Source: Octopus sinensis (Eukaryota). From it: DNA of 64,000 nt. The number at the start of each line of letters is the position of its first letter. The first letter of the stretch is position 1. The DNA lies in NCBI RefSeq assembly GCF_006345805.1, contig NC_043002.1:26474001-26538000 (forward strand), in the 5' to 3' direction. The position numbers and the translations under genes were made by a program. Shown in pieces: positions 41,196 through 53,700 of this stretch. The notes under the pieces are model-generated. The model made no database searches. It was not told the origin of the DNA and worked only from the letters and a program-made list of their open reading frames with translations.

Positions 41196-41326
41196 ATTGA
41201 GTCCTCAGCTTATCGGCACTCAGCTGCCGCTATATACATGCATTCATACATGGATGCATATATATGCACCTACCTACCTACCTACCTACCTACCTACCTA
41301 CCTACATACATACATACATAGATACA

Positions 41327-41360
<34 letters not shown>

Positions 41361-41551
41361 CATACATACATACATGCATATGTATGAATTTGTGGAATTT
41401 CATGTGATTGTTATGTTTGAATATGCATATGCCATGGAACAAAATATTTTATATGCAAACGAATATGCACGCGCATATATATACGTGCATGTAAGTATGA
41501 TTGTATACTCATATATATATATAACATATATATATATATATATATAATATA

Positions 41552-41610
<59 letters not shown>

Positions 41611-41611
41611 G

Positions 41612-41748
41612 AATTCACAAAAAAAAAAACAAAAGACGAAGACTGGTGGCGTAGACAACAAACAGATGTATCAGTTTAACTCTCGGGAAGTGAAAAAGTC
41701 TTTAAGAAAGGAACACAGAAAGAAACAAGGACAGAAAATAAAGAGAGA
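41612..41748 (-). mobile_element. Copy of the 17724 family lacking the hammerhead-like core
   Basis: gaaaaagtcttt directly joined to aagaaagg at ~41704, where sister copies have ~27 extra nt. Confidence 0.7.
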
Positions 41749-44012
41749 ATATATATATATATATATATATATTGTGTGTGTGTATGCATAAATATGTGTT
41801 TTTTGGTACAAACATATATTGGCACCTAAAAAAAGGAAGAGTCTGTCATAGACTTCAGAGTCACAGATTTGACGAGACAGACGAGAAGGAAATGGGTGTG
41901 AAGAAGTAACTTATATTTTTTGCAAAATTATTCGGGAGCCGGATTCAACGACTTCGCATATACATAGCTGATGATGGAGACTAAAGAATTTGGATGTTCT
42001 AGGTCAGTTAATAAATGTGTTATTCCCAATTCTGCATTATTTTCGGCCTGACCCATATATATTGATATATAATGCTATACGGCAGAATCATTGGAAACCT
42101 GCAGTATTTCTGACGCCGAAGTTAAATTTGCCGTTAAACTTTTCGAAATCTATTAAAACTTCGATTCGATTCAGAGCATTGATTGAAACAGCTGTTAGAC
42201 TATCGGGCGGTGTGCTTTGCAGCATCTACGCTGGCTCTTTGCATTGTGACAGCAATAACACCGATGCTATCCTTGAAACTTGTATGTGTAGAAGAGAAAC
42301 TGCTAATCTCTGCACCTTCACCAGATTCATGCTCAAGCTTCCAAGTTTGCGCATATATATGCTAATTCGTAGTCAATCCTGACCAATGGAAGCCCTCCCT
42401 TTTTTATGTATATATACGTGCGTATATGTGTATGTGTGTGTATATGTTTGTGTCTGTGTGTGTTTCGGTACGCACACGCGTAATATGTATGTGTGTGCGG
42501 GCTTGTAATGTGTGTGTGTGTGTGTGTGTGTGTGTGATTGACGAATAGAATTGACGCATTGAAGAAGAATAGCTTCTGCAGCTCTCCCTGTCTCTCTCAC
42601 AAAATCGATATATTAAGACATTATATAGCAAACGCATTCTTCTAGTCAATATAATCGACTGAAATTCTTCAAGTCAGTGCCTCAGCATGACCAAAGTCAA
42701 TGCCTGAGACCAGTAAAGGAATATATTAATTATTTGTAGATTATACAAACAAAGAACTTCCTTCATAAATATTTCAAGAAGGGGAACGTAGAAACCACGG
42801 GAATACATCAAAATTATTGATATTCTGTTAGTGACTGTAACTGAAAAGATTTCTCTAAATGGTAAACAGAAAGGAGCTTCAGCTATTATCAGATTATGAT
42901 TAGAATTTTGGTCGGTAGTCTTATCATTTGCAAAAATTACTCCCCGCTACAAGATTTCTACGTTCGATCTTGAAGAAGCCGGAACCTTGTCTCTAAACAC
43001 CTCCGTAGGATACATTGAAATCAGGCATTCGAGAGCCCACATCCCTTGAGAGAACTCAGAAAGACTGATCAGACACCCTTTCAAGGTCTCGGAAAAATAG
43101 TGAGGTGGGTTACATACCAAACTGAATATAAGTACTGGAATCAATTTGCACGTGTAAATTTGCAACGTCGAAAATCTTCATAACGTTGCTCCAGCCAGCT
43201 TGATTACCGTCTTATGAATCAAATGAAATTGAAACATAATGTGATGAAAGAAGAAGACAGTTGCTCTGAATAGAGCTGCAGTTTTGTTTATTCGGTTTTC
43301 TATTCATCAGTGTGACTAAATGTGGCAACCTGCATGGAAATGTCGGCACGTTGTGCGCTTATTGTTGCCATTCTAGTTATTCAGAAAATATTTAAATCTA
43401 CATTTATTTAATTTGTGCGAGTAATCTGTACCAATGCATTCTTCTTTTACGATGGCATGGTGGGAAAAATGCAGATTTGGTCGCTAATTTTTTAGATCGA
43501 TTTATCAGGTAGAAGGTCCGAAAATGGTTGGCAATCCTTGTATGTATTTCGATATATTCCATAAATCATATATTTCCATCCATTATACTTATAGTTTATC
43601 CTGATATTATTTGTGTAACATGATAAACCAGTATTAACATAGACGCAAGTAATTATCATGATGTATGGATGGTCAGTGACATTTTGAATATCGAAGATAA
43701 GTAAAAGCTTAATGTAAAAATATTTCCATTAAAAAAAAGCCTTTACATTGAATTGGAATTATTTTTTTTTAATGTTGTTTCAATAATGTTTTTGGCGTTT
43801 AGACAGGTGGTTAAATTATGCGGTAACTGATTACACGGATAAAAAATGATAGACAAAATGGAATCAAGGGTTTCGGTGAATGAAATGGTTCGAACTTCCT
43901 TAAGTGACCGAGTGAACTGCGCTTCAGGGCCTGAAGCAAAAGGTGATTGCTTCGAGTTTTATGATTGCATATAGAAAGAAGGTCAGCGATCATGAGAATC
44001 ACTTACGATTAC

Positions 44013-44069
<57 letters not shown>

Positions 44070-44317
44070 ATATATATATACGTATATATATATATACGTA
44101 TATGCGCATGTGTGTAGAACACACATATATATATATCGATACTATATACATACATATATGCATACATATCTAACCACAAACAAACACAAACTTATATATG
44201 TGTATATATGTATATATCACACACACCACACACACACACACATATATATATACATATGTATGCATGTATTATGTATGTATGTATATATATATATTATATA
44301 TATATATATAATATATA

Positions 44318-44361
<44 letters not shown>

Positions 44362-44364
44362 GTA

Positions 44365-44570
44365 TAGGGAGAGTTTTTTACGAAAAAAAGAAAAAAGACG
44401 ATGACAGGTGGTGTACAAAACAAACAGATGTATTAGTATAACGCTCAGGAATAGAAAAAATATTTTAAGTTTCGAGCCTACGCTCTTCTACAGAAAGGGA
44501 CACAGAAAAAAAACAAGGAGAGAAACAAGGAGAGAAAAAATGTGTGTAGTGGCTAACGATCTATCATGCA
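44365..44570 (-). mobile_element. Copy of the 17724 family (CUGUAGA core at 44493-44487)
   Basis: Colinear with 17724-17916; stem III palindrome mutated (ACUU). Confidence 0.82.
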
Positions 44571-45526
44571 CAAACTGGCATGGTACTAAGGGTCATGTTG
44601 TGTTTGAGACAGTTCCCTTTACATTTTTTGTGTGCTACGGTCTCATCTGTTTAACTGGAACTGGTTAGGAACATTTCCTTGTATATAAAAATGTTCATTC
44701 ATTTTATGGGAATAAAATTTCCTAGACAGCTCTGAGCGATTACCACAGGAGGGGCCGTCAATAAGGAAGAAGTCACAATATGTTCATGTACCTCAAAAGT
44801 GTGATTAACTGTTATTGAATATCTTGCTGAGTACCTGAGTAGACCTTCCGCGTGGAGCTTTGAGGAATAAGTATATGTAGGCAAAGTGTTAATACATTTT
44901 ATTACAACTGTTTCGAAATATCTGAATAATGGAAGATCTATATCTGCTTAATGGAAATTCACTTGTTCTAATGCTGCATTCTTTATCGAAATTGAACTTC
45001 TGTCATATTTATATGAAAACTTTTGTTTTACACTATGTTCCAAACATCAGCTTAATAGACCAATAAATGAATAAAAGTTAGTTTACTATATCATTTCGAA
45101 TTTGTTTCAAAATTAATTGAAATGGTGAATTTCGTTACAAAAGCACTGACTATGTTATTAACCGTTTATAATTACACAAAGTTAATTTATTGATATAAAT
45201 TTGTAAAATCTAATAACATAAACTGATACCTGATATACTGTATGATTGCAGTTTCTTTCATGTATTATATCCAATATATTATATTATATATCAATGATAT
45301 TTCTGTAGAATTTTCACACCAATTTTCATATAAAAAGATAAAACGAACCCCTGAAATATTGATATATTATCGAAAGCATGTTTGGTTTACAAATTGTAAT
45401 ATGAATTAATAAAACTAGGATAACTCATTATACATGCATACACGCATACTCATATACGCACAGAAGCACACATATGTATGAATACGTGTGTGTGTGTATA
45501 CACATCCATCCATACACACACACATG

Positions 45527-45621
<95 letters not shown>

Positions 45622-46046
45622 ATTTATATATATCTAAACAATTACATTCACTATTTAATAAATGAGCGAATTCACAATTCTTGAAAGACTGTATTTAAAA
45701 TAAATTACATTTTGAATTTTAAAATCTATTTATTCTAGTTTGTTGATGTGAACGGTGTAAATAATATCCTTCTCGAAATATCTGATCTCATCAACAGCCA
45801 AGTTATTTCAAGTTGTAATTACGCTGAGGTCAAGAATGTTAATGTGGTTTCTACTTCTTTGTCATCTCTAGTGATTAATTCAGCGTCATTTTAAGATATT
45901 TTCATACCAAATTAAAACTAAAACAATCGCAGACTTTTGCTTCGAAGCCCCTAACCTTAACCACCCATATGCAGACATGTTAATCAAACTGATATCTTGA
46001 AGCCATTGGAAACAGTCCCCACACACATCCACCACCCACTGCTTAC

Positions 46047-46194
46047 TATTTAGTAGCATTACAATGAATAGGTGAAGCAGATCATCGTTTAGGGAACTGG
46101 TTTCGCTGACACTCCCACAATATTCCCACAGTCTGTCAAAGTGTCTGTGATCCTGTTGCCTGCCATTATAATTCATCTGTCCAGTTGTAAAAAC
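46047..46194 (-). CDS. Candidate exon (VFTTGQMNYNGRQQDHRHFDRLWEYCGSVSETSSLNDDLLHLFIVMLLN)
   Basis: Acceptor attacag|G, donor A|GTAAGC, only one open frame (147+1 nt), non-repetitive composition. Confidence 0.45.
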
Positions 46195-46870
46195 CTGTAA
46201 TATCCAATTAAAATGTAGTATTGTTGCAATCAATCATCCTGTTGATTAACATTAAAACATTGACAGCTAAGAACCATTAAAGCCCACCTTAAATCTTGCT
46301 GCCCCGTATGCAAATGGAAGCAGACAAATTCTGCTGTCAGATACTGAAATTATTCTCTTAACATGCCAAGTATTTGACCCAGCGTTTCCTCTGCGTGTTG
46401 TAAAAGGCGTCTTAAAGAGGTTGAAGTAAGAATTGCTCACGGGCCTCATAAATCCTTTACAAAAACGACTGCGCGAACAAACACGAGGGTAGGGGTTTGT
46501 CACCCGAGCAAAGCAAAGGTATCGCTCGCTAAGAGTAGGAGATCACCAACAAGCAGTCGATGCAGCGATGTGCTGCAACAGCACATGTCCCCTTATTTGG
46601 TTTGAGCACTGTTCATCAGCTTAAAGGAGTGAGGTTACGCGTTAATGTGTTGTGTGTATATATATGTAATGACTGTCTTGCTGAGTGGAAACAGAAATGA
46701 GTCATACTGTTAATAGACACTCCTGTTCTGATTTTCTCACACTCACATACACGCATATGTCTGCAAAGTGCGAGAGAGAGAGAGAGAGAAAGAAAAAGGA
46801 GAGTATAAGTGAAAGGTTTGACAAATGGATACTCACACACATACATGTATATATATTATATGTATGTATG

Positions 46871-46904
<34 letters not shown>

Positions 46905-47739
46905 TGTACTCACACATTCATACACATGCGTAGATACAATCGTATGTGAGTGTTGTGCGTGTTGTGTGTTATGCGTGCTGTGTGTGTTTGTGTGTGCGTA
47001 TATGTGTGTATATGAGTGTGTGTCCGAATGGAAACAATTTTACACGAAGCACGAAATAATATGCAAACTAACGTAAATACACACAAATACACGTGAGTTG
47101 CTAACGAAAAAGTATCTCAATTTTGATATCTTCCGACAATAGTGTACAATGCGGGGGTGTCAGCAAGATAAGCTGTTCTGGAGTGAGTACAATAGACAAA
47201 ACAGAGCAGAAAGAACTCGAGACAAGGTCAGTGTATATCGAACAGTAAAGATGAATTTTGGAGTGAATAGGAAAAGTATCAGGCGACACAAAATGTATAA
47301 GTATGGAAAGGATATCTATGAACATGGTGACGATATTAGATAGTACGAAGTAAAGCTTCTAAAAGGAATAGTGTCTCTTTTGAGTTTTAAGTAAAGAAAT
47401 GAAATATTAAACAAAGAGCAGAAAAAAAGAAATGACCGGGAAGCCCAAAACCAGCTTAAAATTGCACGTATGACCACGCGAGACAGCAAAAAGCCTGTGA
47501 GAGGAGGAAAGAGTAACAGGAGTAATGAGAAAAAATGAGAATTGGTTGTTGCATAGCTAATCAAAATAGGGAACGAAAGGTATGAAGGAGGGGTGGAATA
47601 GCTACAAAGATGGATAGGTGGGTAAGAAGGAAAATACTAGAAAAGAAGTAAATCGAGTAAAATGTGAGACAGGTAGGTAAAGAAAAAATATGGCAAGGTA
47701 GTTACAATAAGAAAATTAAGGAAGGTAGGTAGAAAGAAA

Positions 47740-47742
47740 GAA

Positions 47743-47773
<31 letters not shown>

Positions 47774-47785
47774 TAGATAGATAGT

Positions 47786-47819
<34 letters not shown>

Positions 47820-47838
47820 TATAGATAGATAGACAGAC

Positions 47839-47907
<69 letters not shown>
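47740..47907. repeat. (GACA)n/(GATA)n microsatellite; a second (GATA)n array lies at 49000-49080
   Basis: Direct reading. Confidence 0.97.
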
Positions 47908-48999
47908 TGTTTCTTTATTAGCCACACAGGGCTGCACACAGATAGAACAAATTACAAGGTAGAGCTTTTCTTTTGGGGTTAAAAAAAGGAGAGTGGTGGT
48001 TTTCGATCAAAAGGGATCGTAAAAGGAAAGAAAAAGGACAAAAAAAAAAGGGGAGGGGTTAAAAAAAGGGGGGGGAGATAAAAAAATGAATAATAGGGAT
48101 CGTTATCACAGAAATGTCAATATGAAGTGTAAAGGGGAGGACAGGTGAGGTTTACCCGTGGAAAGAAAAGCCTACGGAAAAGACCACGGTAACCTCGGTC
48201 AATGAAGTCACATGTTATATTTCTTTTTTTTTTTTTGCAAATAAGCAACTCTCTGTATTAATTTTTATGGTTCATAGAATCATAGTCAAGGTGGCTTCGT
48301 CATTCATACGTGCCATCCTTGCTACATTCACCCATCTTTTTTTAAAACATTCGCTAGACAAAACTTGCCTCTCTACTCTCACTTTCCTCTTCAAGTGATA
48401 CTTGAAGAAGTTGATGAGAGATTGACCAGAGAGGAAAGTGTTTGTCTCTAATCCTTTCAGGCGTGTCCACCAGATACATTCTTTCGCCATAGCCACAAGT
48501 ATGATAAAAATAGCTCTTCCTTCCCGTTTGAAGGAAGGAGGCGTGACGATATTAACGATAGACTCGGCTGATAAACCGACACGTCCCACACGTGACAGCA
48601 GTCGTTCGACATAAGCCCACAGGTCGGAAATTGCTGGACACTGCACGATTGCGTGCAGAGCGGTTTCGTCGCTCTGCCCGCATCTCGGGCAGGTCGGCCC
48701 CGTGTTTCTCGAGCCATGCCTATAGAGCTTATCCCGAACGGGTAGCGCTTCTCGGTAGCACCGCCAGGCCAGGGATCTCTGGAAGTTGTCCATAGGTCCC
48801 GGGCCGAAAGTCGTTTGAAACAGGCGGGTCAGGTCAGGTATTCCTCGTCGACGCCCAGGTTTGCCCCGAGCTCGTCGAAGTACCTCCCCTCCACTAATCC
48901 CCTATAGAATGCTTTGGTTGTGTTGAAGTCACTCAAGGTCGACCCGGGACGGCAGAGTTGCTTGAGAGCAACGCGACACTCGCGGTGCCATTCGCCCTT
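47908..48999 (-). mobile_element. Tx1/L1-clade LINE, 5'-truncated ORF2 C-terminus plus 3' UTR
   Basis: LAWRCYREALPVRDKL and CPRCGQSDETALHAIVQC (zf-RVT-type CCHC) in ORF 48272-48793. The upstream frame continues after a 5-nt ctgac duplication. Confidence 0.88.
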
Positions 49000-49018
49000 A
49001 GATAGATAGATAGATAGG

Positions 49019-49081
<63 letters not shown>

Positions 49082-51339
49082 GCACACAGACATGTTGATC
49101 CACAGACATGTCGATCGATAGATAGAGAGATTGGTGGCTAGATGAATAAAGAAGTGGGCGCATGATAAGGATGCTACTGTATTTGAAACAAAATGTGTGC
49201 TATTACAGTAACAATGAAGATAATGCTAAAATTTACGGGAAGAACGAAAAACATACACACGAAAGTAAACACACGCCAGTCCTCATTAACTTGTAGTTCA
49301 TATGCCGTCACAATTTCGGCACCTTCCAGCGATATTATAGAGTTTGGTGGTGTTGGGAAGGTAAGATGCTGAGCCATAGTGGATACACTAGATGAAAAGG
49401 ACAAGAAAATGAGACAAGGATAGTGACAGAAAAAATATTAAGTCTCGAAATTGAATGGTAAAGCGCGGTTGTGACAGCTTAATAGGTTAAGTTAGCATTT
49501 GCCTTGCCATGTACTATAAGCCATGCCTCATTAATGAAAATAATTAAAAATGTTTATGCAGTGAGGAAAATTTACTCGTCAATGACGCACAGTGCTACTA
49601 CATCTGGGAATACTCGGATATGAAACAAAGATTGTGATGACGCTGTCAATTTTCTTAATTAACCGTAAAATGTACATAAGTGTAGCAAGGTTATATATCA
49701 GATTTATTCATTAGCAAAAAAAGAAAATATGTTTGACTAACAAATATATTTTGCTAACATCTTATATCCTGGTATTTTGGGAATAAAACCCTTCCAGTAT
49801 ATCTCATCGAAACCTTTATTTTAAGTACTCTATCAACTGTACATTCGAATGACATCAAAGATATGTAAGTATCATACCTCGCAGACATGCAAAGAACACG
49901 GCTTCTTGCCGTAATTAAGTGCAGCTTTCTCAATTCCTTCTACTACAAGAAAACATCGCTTCCTTAATGTGAGACACATATACGTTTTCAAAGACTGCTG
50001 CTACAGCATCCTATAAGAAAAAAAAAACACTATCTTTCATTCAGAACAAGCATATCAAAAAAGTTAGGCAGCTATAGACCCAGTATCAATAGCCTTCCTA
50101 ATTCTCGGTACTGATTTGTAAACATAGATAAGTACACTGTGAAGCAGTAAAACTTATGCTCTTATGAAGTTCTCCTTACTGCTGCAGAGGTGTCTAGGAC
50201 GGCAGATGTGCACTTATAGATCATATTGTGGGGGTGGCGGATATAGGAGTGGCAACACTATGTTAAAAGGGGTAGAGTGCTTATATTCTTCACGTAGTCT
50301 GAGACACGATACACATTCAGTAGTTCGGTTGTGTACCTAGGTCTATACATCAGTAACAATTGACGTATACACATAGACCTGACAGAGCTGTGAGAACAAG
50401 ATAACAAGAACATCGCACCTGATTCCTTACAAGACATGCTGGACATGTATGGAATACCACCTGCTGTGGTAAGTGGTGTAGTTCTCATATAGGTTCAAGT
50501 GTAGCACAACTGAAACAACAGTGTGTACATAAGATCTGCTCAAACAATAGCTACACAGCAACAAAAACATTTGCAACAACAGAACAATTGACAATAAGAA
50601 AATAAAAGCGAAAGCAAAAAGTGCAAAGCAAAGCAAAAACGAAATTATCTTTAGAAAACAACACAAAACAAAATATATTCTCGAACAGAATCTCATGTTT
50701 GTTGTCTTCACTCTTCTGCATTTGAAACATAGTTTTTCCTCCGATAACACAAAATTTTAATCAATGTTTCTTATTAATATTCCCAAACACACACTCCTCG
50801 AAATTACTTTCTACTCAGCTATTATCTCAAGCATTATAAAACAAACGAAACCACTTAAAATTCGTTATATTAGTTCTTCTTCCATTATTTCACAAACGAT
50901 TGTTAGTTTCTCTTTAAATCCATAACGGCTTATTTCTTATTTTGGTGTTGTTGCTATTGGTGTTGTTCCCGACATTATTATTGTTGCTGTTGTTGTTGTT
51001 TTTATTGCTGTTATTATTCTGGGTGTTGCGCTTGCTGGTATTGTCGTTCTATGTTTGCAGAAACTAAAAACTCCCACACGCTAAAAACTCTACTAACTTT
51101 ACTTTGACATTTAAATCGACCATTTGTGCCCGACAACCCATTTGTGCACGCACTTATGCGCCAAAACCGTGCATCCTGAATACATGACCTTATCAATTCT
51201 GACTAACGAAAGTCAAATACCATAGCGTGTTCTATGTTCCTGAATCAATCTTGTTCTCGGATTTTGATTTGTTACCCGGTGGAACACACAGGGAGGGAGA
51301 AAGAGAAAGAGAGAGAGAGAGAGAAACAGAGAGAGAAGG

Positions 51340-51378
<39 letters not shown>

Positions 51379-51730
51379 GAGAAAAGCTGATATCCTCAAT
51401 GGACTAGCCACCTGCTTGAAACTATATTTCCGCACACACACATGTGCGTTCACACAAATATGTATGTATACGAATACAAACACACACAAACACACACACA
51501 GACACACAGACCCAGACAGACAGACAGACACACACACACACATATATATATATATTATTGTGCCTAGGGAGAGTCATTCCGTTTTAATACCTTATTAATT
51601 AACACGCTCACCACTTCGATTTCTACTCATTTATTTATGTATTTCGTAAATACACACACACACACACACACACATATATATGCATAATAACAAAACGTAC
51701 ATACACACAAATATACACACATACATATTA

Positions 51731-51985
51731 GTGGAGGCGCGTGGCTCAGAGCTTAGTGTGTTGAGCTCTTGAGCAAAATACTTCACTCCACGTTGAACTA
51801 ATCAACTCAGCTTCAACTAGTTAACCTGCAACGGACCGGCGTTTTATTCGGGGGTTAATGCTTGCGTGCCCTCTTCGCCAGCGGGATGGCATCATTCAAA
51901 AGTTGACACAATGCAGATGTGGGCCCAATATACATCGTACCAATAGAGCGCTATCTTTATGATAGCAATGCTTGTGACAAGCATT
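51731..51985 (+). mobile_element. Degenerate tRNA-derived SINE
   Basis: ggaggcgcgtggc head; tail gccagcgggatggcatcatt similar to the 57049 copy. Confidence 0.65.
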
Positions 51986-51997
51986 GTAATATATATA

Positions 51998-52044
<47 letters not shown>

Positions 52045-52086
52045 GAATTCTGTACAATCTTCGTTCAACTCCATTTCTTCCATTCA

Positions 52087-52151
<65 letters not shown>

Positions 52152-52214
52152 ATATAATATATATATATATTATATATATATATACACACATACACTAAAA
52201 CACATACACACATC

Positions 52215-53700
52215 AGGAGTATCAGCACTAAGGAGTGATTAGGCAAAAGGGAACTTTAGGTTAGTTAAAATATGTTTGTGATATGTTTCAAATTCTGAAC
52301 GCGAGTCCACTGTAGTTTCCGGGGAGAAACATACTTGTTTATGGTGAAAGATGTAGAAACACTGTCTTCCCACTGCTGCCCGCTATCGTAATCTCTTTAG
52401 CCTTCTTCAATGGGAAATACTGATAAGGAATTTCTAACGGTACAGTTGAAATTGTCCGTGCTGATGAAAAGTAGTAGGTTGGACCAAGGATTATAAATAC
52501 ATTCGAGAAATCGTGAGCTGGGAAAGATCATGGTTATGTGTTAACGAGATTGCCAGAGTAACTGATCAAGCACACCAGGTGTCCGTCTGCAAGGGAAATG
52601 GAAATGTGCATATAATATGGCGGAAGTGGTGATGTTTCAAGAAAGGCTTCGGAAAGTGATCTGAATTGGCCGTGGGAAGGAAAAACTATTAGACTGGAAG
52701 GTAAGAGCAGAAAACTAAATGGGTGAGGAATGTGGGGGTAAAGACCCAAAGAGTTGAAGCATCGAGGTGGGAATTTTTGACAATAGTACGCAGAATGTCA
52801 CGGAACGAAGAATTGGTAGGTACAGTGGCAATAGAGGCTTAGAATTGGACGCACTTATAAAATATGGAGGGATTGGGATGCGAAGAATAAGCTGAGCTGT
52901 AATTAGGAGACGGCCTGTTTATGGAATATGGGTGAAGTGAATGATAGATTAGAATAGTCAATATCATAAATACAATTATCGATTTTACTACCTTACATTT
53001 CAGAAGTGTGACAAGAGAACTGGGGACGGTTAGAGCCTCAAAATAACAGACCAAAACGTTAGCATAATTAGGACCCATCCTATATACCACTGCTACGTGA
53101 GTGTTTGTTTGTAAGAAGCCTTATTGAATGAGACACAATTCACAGTTTGGAAAAGCTCAGCATGCTGGAAAGAAGTAGAGTTGCTGAACCAAACGATTGA
53201 GTTATAGTTTATGAAGAACTAAAAGGGGAGATAAAAAAACTTCGGGTAGTAAATCAATGTACAGGAATTTTCAATCTGAAAATTAGAGGGAGGAGGAGAA
53301 GGCACTGAAGAAGTAAAGCATGTGATTAATGTCATGAATGTGGAGGCGGGGATGTGCAGTAACTATGATTTGCGTACTCCTATGGCATGTACGCAGAAAC
53401 ACGTGAGGGGAATCAGTTGTAAGTGGAGACAATCGAGTGGTGAGAACTGTTGTGCTTGAGAATTGGAAGGAGAATGGGAAGCCCATATGATAAAGATAGT
53501 GGCAGTAGAAGAGGTTGGGGAGGAGGCGATGCGATCTTTTATAGATATTACTACGTCGATGTGAGTTAGATGGGTTCTATTGGTAGAAATGAAGATTATT
53601 CAATTATTGTAGTGCCTTATTTGTGTAGAGTTCCTGGCGCCATACACCTACTGCGCTGCATTCATGAAGCGGTAGATGAAAAGCGATGCCTATCATCTTG
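52215..53700 (-). mobile_element. Highly decayed Penelope-like element
   Basis: AELFQTVNCVSFNKASYKQ and RMGPNYAN near 53050-53165 match PLE RT and the 57750 copy. Remaining extent inferred from composition. Confidence 0.6.

Noticed and set aside
43285-43315. Minus-strand CUGAUGA-aua-GAAA
   Set aside because: Only 3 nt between the core halves and no stem I or III complementarity; a chance match.
46400-46470. CKGFMR in ORF 46267-46503 resembling the nuclear receptor P-box (CKGFFRR)
   Set aside because: The other zinc-binding cysteines and surrounding DBD residues are absent.
52455-52520. CTGATGA on the + strand (also at 9967, 36757 and 41968)
   Set aside because: No downstream stem II-GAAA-NUH arrangement.
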